NCBI GenBank assembly: GCA_963836185.1
Contig: CAWIIQ010000001.1
Location: 128,001-192,000, forward strand
Reading direction: 5' to 3'
From: Candidatus Krumholzibacteriia bacterium
Lineage (GTDB): Bacteria; Krumholzibacteriota; Krumholzibacteriia; Krumholzibacteriales; Krumholzibacteriaceae
DNA: 64,000 nucleotides
The translations under genes were made by a program, and so were the position numbers. Below the pieces are notes generated by a model. The model saw nothing but the letters and a program-made list of their open reading frames with translations. It was not told the DNA's origin and did no database searches. This document shows, piece by piece, positions 30,158 to 44,352 of this stretch (positions within the stretch are counted from its first letter, which is position 1; each line of letters begins with the position of its first letter).

Positions 30158-31309
30158 ATGAGCGCATTTTTTATCAATAAGCGAGCCGGGAGCATGGAGA
30201 ATATCCATGACCCCGGCTCTTCTTCTATCTCCTTCCATCGAAGGCTTCCCGGATACAGGCCTTCCCCCCTGAGAGCATCCGCTTCCGCGGCGAGATCGCT
30301 CGGCTGCCGCAGTGTCATGCTGAAAGATGAATCCGACAGGTTCGGGCTTCCCTCTTTCAAGATCCTCGGGGCATCGTACGCCGTGTACAGGGAGCTGATG
30401 CGCCGGCGCCTCTTTTCCGGGGACTCATGGGACTCTCTCGATGATCTGGTGAGACTCTGCGCCGATATCCTTCCCCGCGGCCTCGTTTCCGCTACCGACG
30501 GGAACCACGGCCGGGGGGTCGCGCGTGTCGCGGCCTGGCTTGGTGTCGGGGCGGAGATCTTCGTGCCGGAGGGCACGGCGGAGGCAAGGATAGAGGGGAT
30601 AATATCCGAGGGCGCATCGGTAAAGGTCGTCCGCGGCGACTACGATGACGCGGTCGAAGCAGCCGCGTCGCGGGAGAGTGAGGATCTGTGGCTCATCCAG
30701 GACACTGCGTGGCCCGGATACGAACGGATACCGGCATGGATCGTCGAAGGGTACGCGACGATCATGGAGGAGATGGAAGATCAACTTGCGGCGGCAGGAG
30801 GCCGTGTGCCCGGAATCGTTGCCGTCCAGATCGGAGTCGGGAGTCTCGCCGCCGCGGTGATACGGCATTTCAGATCGGACGGGAACGGGGATGCTCCTGT
30901 GATCGCCGGTGTCGAGCCCGGCAGCGCCGCCTGCGCGTATGAATCTGTCAGGGCGGGAGAGATCGTCACCGTCCCCGGGCCGCACCGCTCCGTGATGGCG
31001 GGACTGAACTGCGGTACCCTCTCCAGCCTTGCCTGGCAGGCGATAAGGGATGGGGCGGACATACTTGTCACCGTGACCGACGATGACGCGTTTGAGGCGA
31101 TGAAGTTGCTCGCGGGTGACGGGATCGTCTCGGGCGAGTCGGGCTCGGCCGGCCTCGCGGGAGCCATGGTCCTGTTTCGGGATGCCGGGGCGCGCGATGA
31201 GCTCTCTTCGATGGGGCTCGGGCCGGAGCCTGACCTGATGCTGATATCCACTGAGGGTATTACAGATCCCGTTCTCTATGGAAAGATCGTCAGTCCTCAC
31301 GGTCGATGA
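30158..31309 (+). CDS. Diaminopropionate ammonia-lyase family PLP enzyme
   Basis: KDES.RFGL.SFKILGAS, ATDGNHGRGVA, IQDTAWPGYE, MAGLNCG. Confidence 0.88.
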   Translation: MSAFFINKRAGSMENIHDPGSSSISFHRRLPGYRPSPLRASASAARSLGCRSVMLKDESDRFGLPSFKILGASYAVYRELMRRRLFSGDSWDSLDDLVRLCADILPRGLVSATDGNHGRGVARVAAWLGVGAEIFVPEGTAEARIEGIISEGASVKVVRGDYDDAVEAAASRESEDLWLIQDTAWPGYERIPAWIVEGYATIMEEMEDQLAAAGGRVPGIVAVQIGVGSLAAAVIRHFRSDGNGDAPVIAGVEPGSAACAYESVRAGEIVTVPGPHRSVMAGLNCGTLSSLAWQAIRDGADILVTVTDDDAFEAMKLLAGDGIVSGESGSAGLAGAMVLFRDAGARDELSSMGLGPEPDLMLISTEGITDPVLYGKIVSPHGR

Positions 31310-33824
31310 AGGCTGGATCGGCCGATGTCGTATGCATCTTCTCGGCCGGGATGACCAGGCGGTCAGCCTTCCAGATCTCCCTGTTGTACTCCATGATCGT
31401 CCTGTCCGAGGAGAACCTTCCCGAGCGGGCAACATTGATCAACGACTTCCTGTTCCAGTTCTCGCTGTCGGCGTATTCCCTGCACACATTCTCCTGCGCC
31501 TTGCGGTACGAGTCGAAATCGGCGAGGACGAGGAACCGGTCATTTCCAAGGATCGCTTCGACGAGGGGCCGGAAGAGATCCTTCTGGCGCGGGGAAAAGA
31601 AGCCTTTTCGCAGAAGTTCGATGGTCTTCTTCAAGATCGGATCGGATGATATGTAACGGCGGGCGTCGTAATCCGCCGCCGTCTGTCTCGCCTGCTGCGC
31701 GTCCAGGCCGAAGATAAAGATGTTTTCCTCTCCCACTTCCTCCATGATCTCGATATTGGCGCCGTCGAGCGTGCCTACGGTCAGGGCGCCGTTGAGAGCG
31801 AGCTTCATGTTGCCAGTTCCCGAGGCTTCATATCCCGCCGTGGAGATCTGTTCGGAGACATCGGCCGCGGGTATGATCGCTTCGGCCAGGGTCACGCGGT
31901 AATTCGGCAGGAAGACCACCTTGAGCCTGTCGCTCGTCTCGCGGTCTTCGTTTATCATTCCGGCTACATGGTTGACGAGGCTGATGACGAGCTTGGAGAT
32001 CATGTAGTCAGGTGCCGCCTTGCCGGCAAAGATGTATGTGCGCGGGCAGGGAGTGTACGCGGGATCCTCCTTGAGCCGAAGCCATGAGTACATCACGTGG
32101 AGGATGTTGAGAAGCTGCCTCTTGTATTCGTGAAAGCGCTTTATCTGGACGTCGTATATCGATGCCGGATCGATTTTATGCCCCGTAAGCCTGTCTGAGA
32201 GTTTCGCGAGCTTTTCCTTGTTCGCGTTTTTGACGCCGGTGTAGCGCTCCATGAATTCTTCGTCGCCGGCGAATTCCTCTATGCGCCGCAGCTGCTCGAG
32301 ATCGGTCACCCAGCCGCTGCCGATCTTCTCCGTTATCAGAGACGCCAGCCCGGGATTCGCCGCCAGCAGCCAGCGCCTCGGTGTTATCCCGTTCGTCTTG
32401 TTATTGATCCTGCCGGGGAAGATCTCGTTGAAATCCTTAAGCAGGAATTTTTTCAGAAGTTTCGTGTGCAGCCCGGCGACTCCGTTCGTGGAGTGAGTGC
32501 CGACCACGGCGAGATGGGCCATCCTGACCTTGGCAGCCGGATCACCGGTGACTATCGAGACCCGTCCGAGCCTCTCCGTGTCGCCCGGGTATCTCAGGGA
32601 GACCCTCTTGCGAAACATCACGTCTATTCTGCGTATGATCTGAAGGTGACGGGGGAGCAGCCTCTCGAACATCGAAACCCGCCATTCCTCCAGAGCTTCG
32701 GGCAGAAGGGTGTGATTCGTATATGCGCACGATCTGGTCGTTATATCCCATGCCTTGTCCCAGCTTACGCCGTGCTCGTCTATCAGCAGCCTCATCAACT
32801 CCGCGACAGCGAGTGAGGGATGAGTGTCGTTGAGCTGTATCGCTGCCTTGTCGGGAAACTCGTCGAAATTCCTGTGATTGACCAGGTATCTTCTGATGAT
32901 GTCCTGTATCGAGCAGGACACAAAGAAGTACTGCTGCATCAGCCGCAGCTCGCGGCCCTCGAATGTGCTGTCGTTGGGGTAGAGGACCTTCGAGATATTC
33001 TCGGAGAGGTTTTTCTGCTCTACGGCCTTGAGATAATCGCCGTTCTGGAAATAGTCGAGATCGAATTCCTGTGTCGCCTGCGCGGCCCAGAGCCTCAGCG
33101 TGTTGACCGTGATGTTGCCGTACCCGGCGATCGGTGTGTCGTAAGCGACCCCCATGATATCCCTCGTGCCGGTCCACTCGCGAAGCGTCTTCCCGTCCGG
33201 CCCCCACTCCTCGTTGACCTTTCCGAAGAACTTGACGACGAACGAATACTCAGGCCGCTCGATCTCCCACGGATTGCCGTACTTGAGCCACTCATCGGGG
33301 CACTCGCGCTGGGCGTTGTCCCTGATCTCCTGCTCGAAGATCCCATATTCGTACCGGATGCCGTAACCGACGGCCGGTATCATCAGCGTTGCCATAGAAT
33401 CGAGGAAACAGGCGGCCAGCCGCCCCAGTCCGCCATTGCCCAGGCCGGCGTCGGGCTCCTGGTCGATCAGTCTCTCGATATCGAGGTCGATCTTGTCCAT
33501 CGCTTCGCAGGTCGGGCCGTATATGTCGAGATTGATCAGGTTGTTGACCAGGGCCCTGCCCATCAGGTATTCGGCGGAGAGATAGTAGACGCGTTTCACG
33601 TCTTTCTGATGATAGACCTGCTGGGTCTTGATCCACTGTTCGACGAGCCTGTCGCGCGCGGTCAGGGCGAGGGCGAAATAGAGATCCCTCAGCGTCGCTG
33701 TGAACTGGTCCTTTGACCGGGAGTATTCGATATGGTTGGCGAAATCATTCAGGATACCGGCAGCATCGTACGACTTGTGAAAGATCCCCCATTTTTTGAA
33801 AATCTCACTTCTGCTCATCGGCAT
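31290..33824 (-). CDS. glgP: Glycogen/alpha-glucan phosphorylase
   Basis: GLGNGGLGRLAACF, QLNDTHP, EASGTGNMK, FSSDRTI. Confidence 0.97.
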   Translation of the reverse strand: MPMSRSEIFKKWGIFHKSYDAAGILNDFANHIEYSRSKDQFTATLRDLYFALALTARDRLVEQWIKTQQVYHQKDVKRVYYLSAEYLMGRALVNNLINLDIYGPTCEAMDKIDLDIERLIDQEPDAGLGNGGLGRLAACFLDSMATLMIPAVGYGIRYEYGIFEQEIRDNAQRECPDEWLKYGNPWEIERPEYSFVVKFFGKVNEEWGPDGKTLREWTGTRDIMGVAYDTPIAGYGNITVNTLRLWAAQATQEFDLDYFQNGDYLKAVEQKNLSENISKVLYPNDSTFEGRELRLMQQYFFVSCSIQDIIRRYLVNHRNFDEFPDKAAIQLNDTHPSLAVAELMRLLIDEHGVSWDKAWDITTRSCAYTNHTLLPEALEEWRVSMFERLLPRHLQIIRRIDVMFRKRVSLRYPGDTERLGRVSIVTGDPAAKVRMAHLAVVGTHSTNGVAGLHTKLLKKFLLKDFNEIFPGRINNKTNGITPRRWLLAANPGLASLITEKIGSGWVTDLEQLRRIEEFAGDEEFMERYTGVKNANKEKLAKLSDRLTGHKIDPASIYDVQIKRFHEYKRQLLNILHVMYSWLRLKEDPAYTPCPRTYIFAGKAAPDYMISKLVISLVNHVAGMINEDRETSDRLKVVFLPNYRVTLAEAIIPAADVSEQISTAGYEASGTGNMKLALNGALTVGTLDGANIEIMEEVGEENIFIFGLDAQQARQTAADYDARRYISSDPILKKTIELLRKGFFSPRQKDLFRPLVEAILGNDRFLVLADFDSYRKAQENVCREYADSENWNRKSLINVARSGRFSSDRTIMEYNREIWKADRLVIPAEKMHTTSADPAFIDRED

Positions 33825-33843
33825 GGCAAATCTCCGTCTGGTA

Positions 33844-34479
33844 TTATTGTTTCTCTGTCCCTGTCAGCGGCCGCAGCGACCTGTCAAAAGCCCCTGAAGG
33901 GTCGAAGGTCTGCAGCTTGAACGTCGATCCGTCAGGTATCATCCCCGCCACTCCGTCCATATCGGTGTCGGAGAGGAGGGAGGATACGCGCGTCGTCCTG
34001 AACTCGTGCTCGATCCCGCATCGGGAGAGCAGGTCGATCGATCTGGTGATCTCACCGATCGGGGCGCTGACTCCGCACAGCCTGTCGTAAGACAGGGGAG
34101 GGGCCTTTACATCCATCGAGACGAAATCGACGAGACCCCCGGATATCAGGTCCTCGAGCACATCCGGCCTGCTGCCGTTCGTGTCGATCTTGATCCTGTA
34201 CCCGATCTCCCGGACCTTGCGCAGAAAAGCGGCAAGGCCCTCCTGCAGGGTGGGCTCGCCGCCGGTTACGACCAGGCCGTCGAGCTTTCCCGCGCGGGAA
34301 TGGAGGAAGGATAGCACATATTCTTCGGGGATGAGAAGCCCATCGTTCGGCGCGTCGGGGATGAGCCGGCCATTGTGGCAGAAGGGGCAGCGGAAGTTGC
34401 ATCCCTGCGTGAAGACGATCGCTGCCGAGCGGCCGGGGAAATCGCTGAGGCTGAATTTCTGGAATCCGCCGATTCTCAT
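33844..34479 (-). CDS. nrdG: Anaerobic ribonucleoside-triphosphate reductase activating enzyme
   Basis: MRIGGFQKFSL.DFPG, GCNFRCPFCHN, TGGEP, DTNGS; ATG overlaps the nrdD stop (ATGA). Confidence 0.92.
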   Translation of the reverse strand: MRIGGFQKFSLSDFPGRSAAIVFTQGCNFRCPFCHNGRLIPDAPNDGLLIPEEYVLSFLHSRAGKLDGLVVTGGEPTLQEGLAAFLRKVREIGYRIKIDTNGSRPDVLEDLISGGLVDFVSMDVKAPPLSYDRLCGVSAPIGEITRSIDLLSRCGIEHEFRTTRVSSLLSDTDMDGVAGMIPDGSTFKLQTFDPSGAFDRSLRPLTGTEKQ

Positions 34480-36624
34480 TGAATCGAATACCTCTTCCTC
34501 ATCTCGAATTCGGCCTGTTTCCCTTCGTTCCACTGATCGACCGGCCTGAGATAGCCGACGACGCGTGAATAGATCTCCGTCTCTCTCGCAGCAGTCCGGG
34601 CAGCGTTCGATCTCTCCGCTGATGTACCCGTGCTCGGGGCATACGGAAAAGGTCGGGGAGATGGTGAAATACGGGAGCCTGTAATTGTCGCACACCTTGC
34701 GCACAAAGTTTTTTATCGCCTCCGGGTCGGCGACTGCTTCGCCGAGGAAGACGTGGAGGACCGTTCCGCCGGTGTACTTCGACTGGATCTCGTCCTGCAG
34801 ATCGAGCGTCTCGAAGACATCGTCCGTGAAGTCGACAGGCAGCTGGCTCGAGTTTGTGTAGAAAGGCTCGGTCCCCTTCGCCGGCCCGCTGTCGCTGGCG
34901 CATCTGATGGAGGGGAATTTTTCCCGGTCGATCCTCGCGAGGCGGTAGGCCGTGCCCTCGGCCGGCGTCGCCTCGAGGTTGTAGAAGTTGCCCGTCTCTT
35001 CCTGGAAGATCCTGAGTTTCTCCCTCATGAAGTCGAGCGTTCTGCCCGCGAACTCAGCGCCTTTCGGATCGCCGATCGAAACGCCGTGGAAATTGAGGCA
35101 TGCCTCATTGAGGCCGACGAGCCCGATAGTGGAGAAATGGTTGAACCAGTAGCAGTCATGCCTCTCGCGCATGTTGCGAAGGTAGTATTTCGTGTAGGGA
35201 TAGAGGTTCTTTTCCGTGAATCCCTCGAGGACCTTGCGTTTCGTCTCTAGGCTCGTTCTGGCGATCTCCATGAGATGTCCGAGTCGGCCGAAGAACTCTT
35301 CCTCTGTCTCTGAAAGGTGGCCGATCCGCGGCATGTTGATCGTCACCACGCCGATCGATCCGGTCAGCGGATTGGCTCCGAAGAGGCCGCCGCCCCTCTT
35401 CTCGAGCGACGTGATGTCGAGCCTCAGCCTGCAGCACATCGAGCGGGCATCATCGGGAGAGAGGTCGGAGTTGACGAAATTGGCGAAGTAGGGGATGCCG
35501 TACTTTCCGGTCACCTCCCAGAGGCGCTCTAGACCGGGGGCGTCCCAGTCGAAATCGGACGAGATGTTGTACGTCGGTATCGGGAAGGTAAAGACGCGGC
35601 CGCGGGCGTCTCCCTCGGACAGCACCTCGAGGAATGCCCGGTTGAGTATCACCATCTCCTCGCCGAATTCCCCGTACGTCTCCTTCATCGGTTTGCCGCC
35701 GATGATGACCGGTTCCCCGGCGAGAGTGGAGGGGGGCTGCAGGTCGAGGGTGAGGTTGGTGAACGGCGTCTGGAACCCGACTCTCGTCGGTACGTTCACG
35801 TTGAAGACGAATGCCTGCAGCGCCTGCTTGACCTGCTTGTAAGAGAGTTTGTCGTAGCGGATAAAGGGCGCCAGCAGAGTGTCGAAGTTGGAGAAGGCCT
35901 GTGCGCCGGCCGCTTCGCCCTGGAGCGTGTAGAAGAAATTGACGATCTGCCCGAGCGCGGTGCTGAAGTGTTTTGCCGGGGAGCTCTCCGCCTTGCCCGC
36001 CGCTCCCCGGAAACCGCTGCGCAGAAGGTCGTGCAGGTCCCACCCGACGCAGTAGACAGACAGGAGGCCGAGGTCGTGTATGTGGAGCGCGCCGGCCGAG
36101 TGCGCCTCGCGGACCTCCGCCGTGTAGATCTTGTTGAGCCAGTATGTCTTGCTGACCTCGCTCGAGATGTAGTTGTTCAGGCCCTGGAGAGAGTAGGCCA
36201 TGTTGCTGTTTTCCTTGACCTTCCAGTCGAGTTTCTCGAGGTAGTTGTCGATCAGGTCGAGGTCGGCCTTCTTGATCATCTCCCTGATCCGCGAGTGCTG
36301 GTCGCGGTAGAGGATGTAGGCCTTGGCGGTCTTCTTGAAGGGGGATGTCAGCAGCACGTCTTCGACGACGTCCTGGATCTCCTCGACAGTTGGTACATCG
36401 TTCTGTGCCATTACCTGCGTCAGGCCGAGTACGCGGATAGTCAGCTTGCGCGCCATCTCCTCGGTGAACTCACCCGAGGCCCGTCCGGCCTTGAGGATAG
36501 CCCTCGTGATCTTGTCCGCGTCGAAATCGGCGATACGTCCGTCTCTCTTGCGGACCGATGTGAATGTCGAGGAAGGTTCCCTGTGGACTGCCTTCTTCTT
36601 TCCCCTCGTAGAAGTGGACTGCAT
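34476..36624 (-). CDS. nrdD: Class III ribonucleoside-triphosphate reductase with ATP cone; one frameshift near 34590
   Basis: VRKRDG ATP cone, HIHDL, SMCCRL, EATPAE; the glycyl-radical YSRVVGY motif lies in the 34476-34706 frame. Confidence 0.93.
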
Positions 36625-36899
36625 ACGATTCCTTTCGTCCGGCTGAGGCAGCGGGCGATTACCACGCGCCGGCGTTCCTGTCGCCTGATGTCTGTCAAAG
36701 TGGCCTTGGCTCACACAGACGCTTCCGCGGCCCCATGCCCTCGGGTCCCGGTCGCGTCCTTCGAATAGAGAAAAAGTCTACCTGGCGGCAGAGGGGCTTT
36801 GAGTAGTCCTTGCAAGCATATGTGCCTTATCTTCTGCCTGTCAGGCCTGCCCTTCCCTCGAAGGCTTCGGCCCAATATATCCGCGAGTGGTCTCGCGGG

Positions 36900-37080
36900 C
36901 CGCCGGCAGGTCTTCGGACTCGCAGGCTGGTATCGGTACCGGCCTACCGGCCGCGGCTTCCCGGCTCCCTGGCGGGGGCCAGTGCCATCGTGCGGCTTTC
37001 GTTCCTGCTCACCGCTGCGGGGCAGTCCCGGAATCTCACCGGGTTCCTGTAAGCACTCCCATATATGGAGTGGTTACCGG
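36900..37080 (-). ncRNA. Cobalamin riboswitch
   Basis: Minus strand reads AGGAACCCGGTGAGATTCCGGGACTGCCCCGCAGCGGTGA...GCACTG...GGGAAG...GAGTCCGAAGACCTGCC (B12 box). Confidence 0.92.
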
Positions 37081-37103
37081 CGGCAAGGCACAATATATAG
37101 TGG
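37056..37103. promoter_or_regulatory. Tandem NrdR boxes, 32 bp apart
   Basis: GCACAATATATAGTGG (37088-37103) and CTCCCATATATGGAGT (37056-37071) versus consensus acaCwAtATaTwGtgt; upstream of nrdD, overlapping a TTGACT/TATATA-like promoter. Confidence 0.75.
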
Positions 37104-37292
37104 GTGTAAAAGTCGAGTCAACGAAAAACTGAAATTCATGTGAAAGTTGATCCATACTGCTGGCACAAGGGCCGCCCGGCCCACCGGTTTTGACGGTAGA
37201 CATGCTCCGAAATATATGGTATAAAAGAAGTAGGGGTTATAAGCGGACGACTGGTTCAGGAATAATCAAGGCTTTCCGGGTATCTGGGAGGG

Positions 37293-37718
37293 ATGATAAT
37301 GACCGGTCCGGGGGAAATATCAAAGGGACGCAAACGGATCCTGTTCATGGACGATGAGGAGATGCTGCGCAGCGTTGTCTCCAGGATGCTCGAGATCATG
37401 GGGTACGATGTCGTGGCCGCGGCAGACGGGGACGAAGCCTTGCGGCTCTATATCGAAGCATCGGAGAACGGGTCCCGTTTCGACGCGGTCATCCTCGACC
37501 TGAGCGTGCAGAAAGGTATGGGTGGAAGGGAAACGGCGGCGAAACTTGTAGAGTACGATCCCGGAGTGATAGCTCTTGTCTCAAGTGGCTTCGTCGGCGA
37601 TACGGTGCTGCAGAACTATCGTGAGTTCGGATTCAGCGGCGTGATCCCCAAACCATACACCTCGGATGAGCTGCGCGACGGATTGAGCAGGGCGCTTGTT
37701 CCCAGGGTGGCATCCTGA
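37293..37718 (+). CDS. Single-domain response regulator receiver
   Basis: ILFMDDE, VILDL, VSSG, PKPY. Confidence 0.9.
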   Translation: MIMTGPGEISKGRKRILFMDDEEMLRSVVSRMLEIMGYDVVAAADGDEALRLYIEASENGSRFDAVILDLSVQKGMGGRETAAKLVEYDPGVIALVSSGFVGDTVLQNYREFGFSGVIPKPYTSDELRDGLSRALVPRVAS

Positions 37719-37961
37719 TACGAAAAGGCGGCTGCCGGGCCTCCTCTGCTCAATAAATATCTTCACAATTTCGACTCTCTTAACATGCTGTCAATAAAGG
37801 CAATGCGATTTGTAACGCCTTCCCGGATTAAGATATAGAAAAATAATTCTCCAAGGGGGTTGACAAGGGCCTCTCTATCCTAGTATCGTTCCTCTCCCGG
37901 CTGCTTCCGGCCGCCGGGGTCATACCGTTCAAGAAGTGCCCCATCGGGGCGTGGTGCGTGA

Positions 37962-42046
<4,085 letters not shown>

Positions 42047-42066
42047 CTCCGTTTTCCTTTCGTTCG

Positions 42067-42867
42067 TTATCTCATTATCACGAGTTTACGGGTCAGGACC
42101 TTTTTGCCGCACACAAGGCGGTACAGGTAAACACCCGAAGAGACATTGCTCCCCGCTTCGTTAAGGCCGTTCCAGTGCAGCGTGTGTCTGCCGCCTTCCA
42201 TCGGCTGGTCTGCAAGGGTCCTGATCTTTCTCCCCTGAACATCGAATATCTCGAGGCGGACCCTGTCGGGGCCGGGCATGTAGAACGAGATCGAAGTCGA
42301 AGGATTGAAAGGATTGGGAAAATTCTGATAAAGGGTCAGCGGTATCGAGGGCACGTCGACGGTAAGGGTGAAGGAGAGGAACTCCCTGTCGCCCTGGACT
42401 CCTCCTACCTGGTAGGTGTATGTCCGGCCGGGCAGCGCAGACTCGTCGAGGTAGATGTTGGTGCCCGCCGTTCCGAACAACTTGTCGTTGAGCCTCTCGA
42501 ACCGGTCGGGGCGTTCACCATCGCCGCGATAGATGTTGAAGCCGTCGAGCGAACCTGTCGCCGAGGCGATCCACTTCAACTCGACCGCGCCGCTGCTCAG
42601 GTACCCGGAGAATGATGCGATCGCTACCTCGACCGATGAGGATAGTCCCGCGATCTGCCAGAATCCTGGCAGTACGGTGTTGTCCGGGCCGGTCTTGTAG
42701 AAGATATGCCCTTCACCGGCAGTAAACCATACCCTGTGACTCCCGCTCGCTGTTCCCCCCATGCTTCCCTGCACGTCGTGCAGCACCTTGTATTGTGCCG
42801 ATACGGCGAGAGGGCACAGCATGATAAGGGGGACCAGTACGAGCAGTGCCCGTCTCATCTCTCTCAT
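42067..42867 (-). CDS. Secreted protein with C-terminal FlgD-Ig/T9SS-like sorting domain
   Basis: CAGGAGG RBS, signal peptide, GFNIYR, LYQNFPNPFNPST.I, WNG....G..VSSGVYLYRL. Confidence 0.85.
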   Translation of the reverse strand: MREMRRALLVLVPLIMLCPLAVSAQYKVLHDVQGSMGGTASGSHRVWFTAGEGHIFYKTGPDNTVLPGFWQIAGLSSSVEVAIASFSGYLSSGAVELKWIASATGSLDGFNIYRGDGERPDRFERLNDKLFGTAGTNIYLDESALPGRTYTYQVGGVQGDREFLSFTLTVDVPSIPLTLYQNFPNPFNPSTSISFYMPGPDRVRLEIFDVQGRKIRTLADQPMEGGRHTLHWNGLNEAGSNVSSGVYLYRLVCGKKVLTRKLVIMR

Positions 42868-43038
42868 CGAGACCTCCTGGCTGAATTACTAAGATTCCCA
42901 TGACATAATGTTCAAGTGAACGGATATCGGCCGTGGTAATCCCCGTGTGTTTTTATGTGTTATCAACCACTTACGGATTCACGATTGCATATGTCGAGAA
43001 GGCAGGGCAAGAAAAATCAGGAATTTTTGATGATCGGC

Positions 43039-43083
43039 TTGACAGGCATCCGCTTAATGTATTAGTATTAGTAATCATTACTA
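43039..43083 (+). promoter_or_regulatory. Promoter and Fur/PerR-type 7-1-7 box
   Basis: TTGACA at 43039-43044, TAGTAT at 43063-43068; perfect inverted repeat TAGTAAT-C-ATTACTA at 43069-43083. Confidence 0.75.
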
Positions 43084-43103
43084 TTATTAAGTGAGGAGAT
43101 GAT

Positions 43104-43508
43104 ATGAAACCCGGTCCGAGAATGACAAAACAGCGGCAGGTGATCCTCGAGGAACTGCGGATGATGCACAATCACCCGACGGCTGATGAGCTGTACGAGA
43201 AGGTCCGCGCGAGACTCCCGAAGATAAGCCTTGGAACGGTATACAGAAATCTCGATCTGCTTGCCGGTGCGGGGATTATCAGGAGGCTGGAGAACACCGG
43301 CTCGCAGATGCGTTTCGACGGGGACCTGCACGGCCATCCGCACATCAGATGCATTTCATGCGGGAAAATAGTGGATATAGACGCTGAACCGGAGCCGACC
43401 GAGTGCGACCACAGGATCGTTGCCGGCTCGGGATTCAGGCTCGTCGAGCGCAGGGTCGAATATGTCGGTATCTGCCTCGACTGCGACACGAAACAGAAAG
43501 AGATGTGA
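43104..43508 (+). CDS. Fur-family regulator, probably PerR
   Basis: RMTKQR, HPTADE, SLGTVYRNL, H.HIRC..CG, C..C; heads a peroxide-defence cluster. Confidence 0.9.
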   Translation: MKPGPRMTKQRQVILEELRMMHNHPTADELYEKVRARLPKISLGTVYRNLDLLAGAGIIRRLENTGSQMRFDGDLHGHPHIRCISCGKIVDIDAEPEPTECDHRIVAGSGFRLVERRVEYVGICLDCDTKQKEM

Positions 43509-44344
43509 GCAGGGTGAATATCGGCGCCGCAGAAGGAAGAAAGCTCAAGAAAGCGCTGGAAGACCTCTACAAGAGGTACGACAGGAAAAAATATGTCGAT
43601 CCCGATCCTCTGGTCTTTCTCTATGATTATCCGGATATCCGTGACAGGGAGATTGCCGGGCTGATCTCCTCGTCTCTTGCCTTCGGCGGAGTCAGGCAGA
43701 TAATGGCCAGTGTCGGAAAGGTTCTCTCCCCGATGGGAGCTTCTCCGCGCGAATTCGTGATGAACACGAACGTGAAAAGACTTTCGAAGATATACGAAGG
43801 ATTCAAACACAGGTGGGCAACATCGGATGACATCGTACAGATGCTCGATGGAGTAAGGACGATGACAGAAAAGTACGGTTCACTCGAAAAGGGCTTCACG
43901 GCGGGGATGGATGAGGACGATGAAGATGTGATTCCCGCGATGACGAGATTCGCCTCGAGAGATAGTCTGCGTCGGCAGCGGCGCGGGCGTCTGCCTGATA
44001 CCCGATCCGTGCCGCAAGAGCGCCTGCAAGAGGCTCAACCTCTTTCTGCGTTGGATGGTCAGAAGCGACAATGTCGACCCGGGAGGATGGAGACGGAGTG
44101 CCCGCCTCGAAGCTGATAATACCGCTCGATACCCATATGTACAGGTTCGCTTCGCTGCTCGGCATGACCGGGCGGAAACAGGCGAATCTCGCGACGGCCA
44201 GGGAGATAACCGCGGAATTCGCGATGATCTCCCCGGCGGATCCCTGTGAAGTACGACTTCGCGCTGACGAGGCTCGGGATAAGGCGCGACGACGACCGCG
44301 GCGAACTGATGGCGAAACTCGGCATCACGGCCGCGGCCGGATAG
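43505..44344 (+). CDS. TIGR02757/DUF2400-family protein, three frameshifts (near 43958, 44091, 44244)
   Basis: DP, DREIAGL.SS.LAFG, SACKRLNLFLRWMVR.D.VDPGGW, IPLDTH, DP.KYDFAL pieced together across frames. Confidence 0.8.
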
Positions 44345-44352
44345 ATGGAGTG

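Noticed and set aside
33844-36714. Apparent 956-aa NrdD-NrdG fusion in the ORF track
   Set aside because: The essential glycyl-radical motif YSRVVGY is in another frame (34476-34706) and nrdG has its own ATG overlapping the nrdD stop; one extra base near 34590 creates the fusion.
44071-44352. Apparent N-terminal extension of the permease (512-aa ORF)
   Set aside because: It is a frameshifted piece of the TIGR02757 gene (IPLDTH); the permease starts at 44353.
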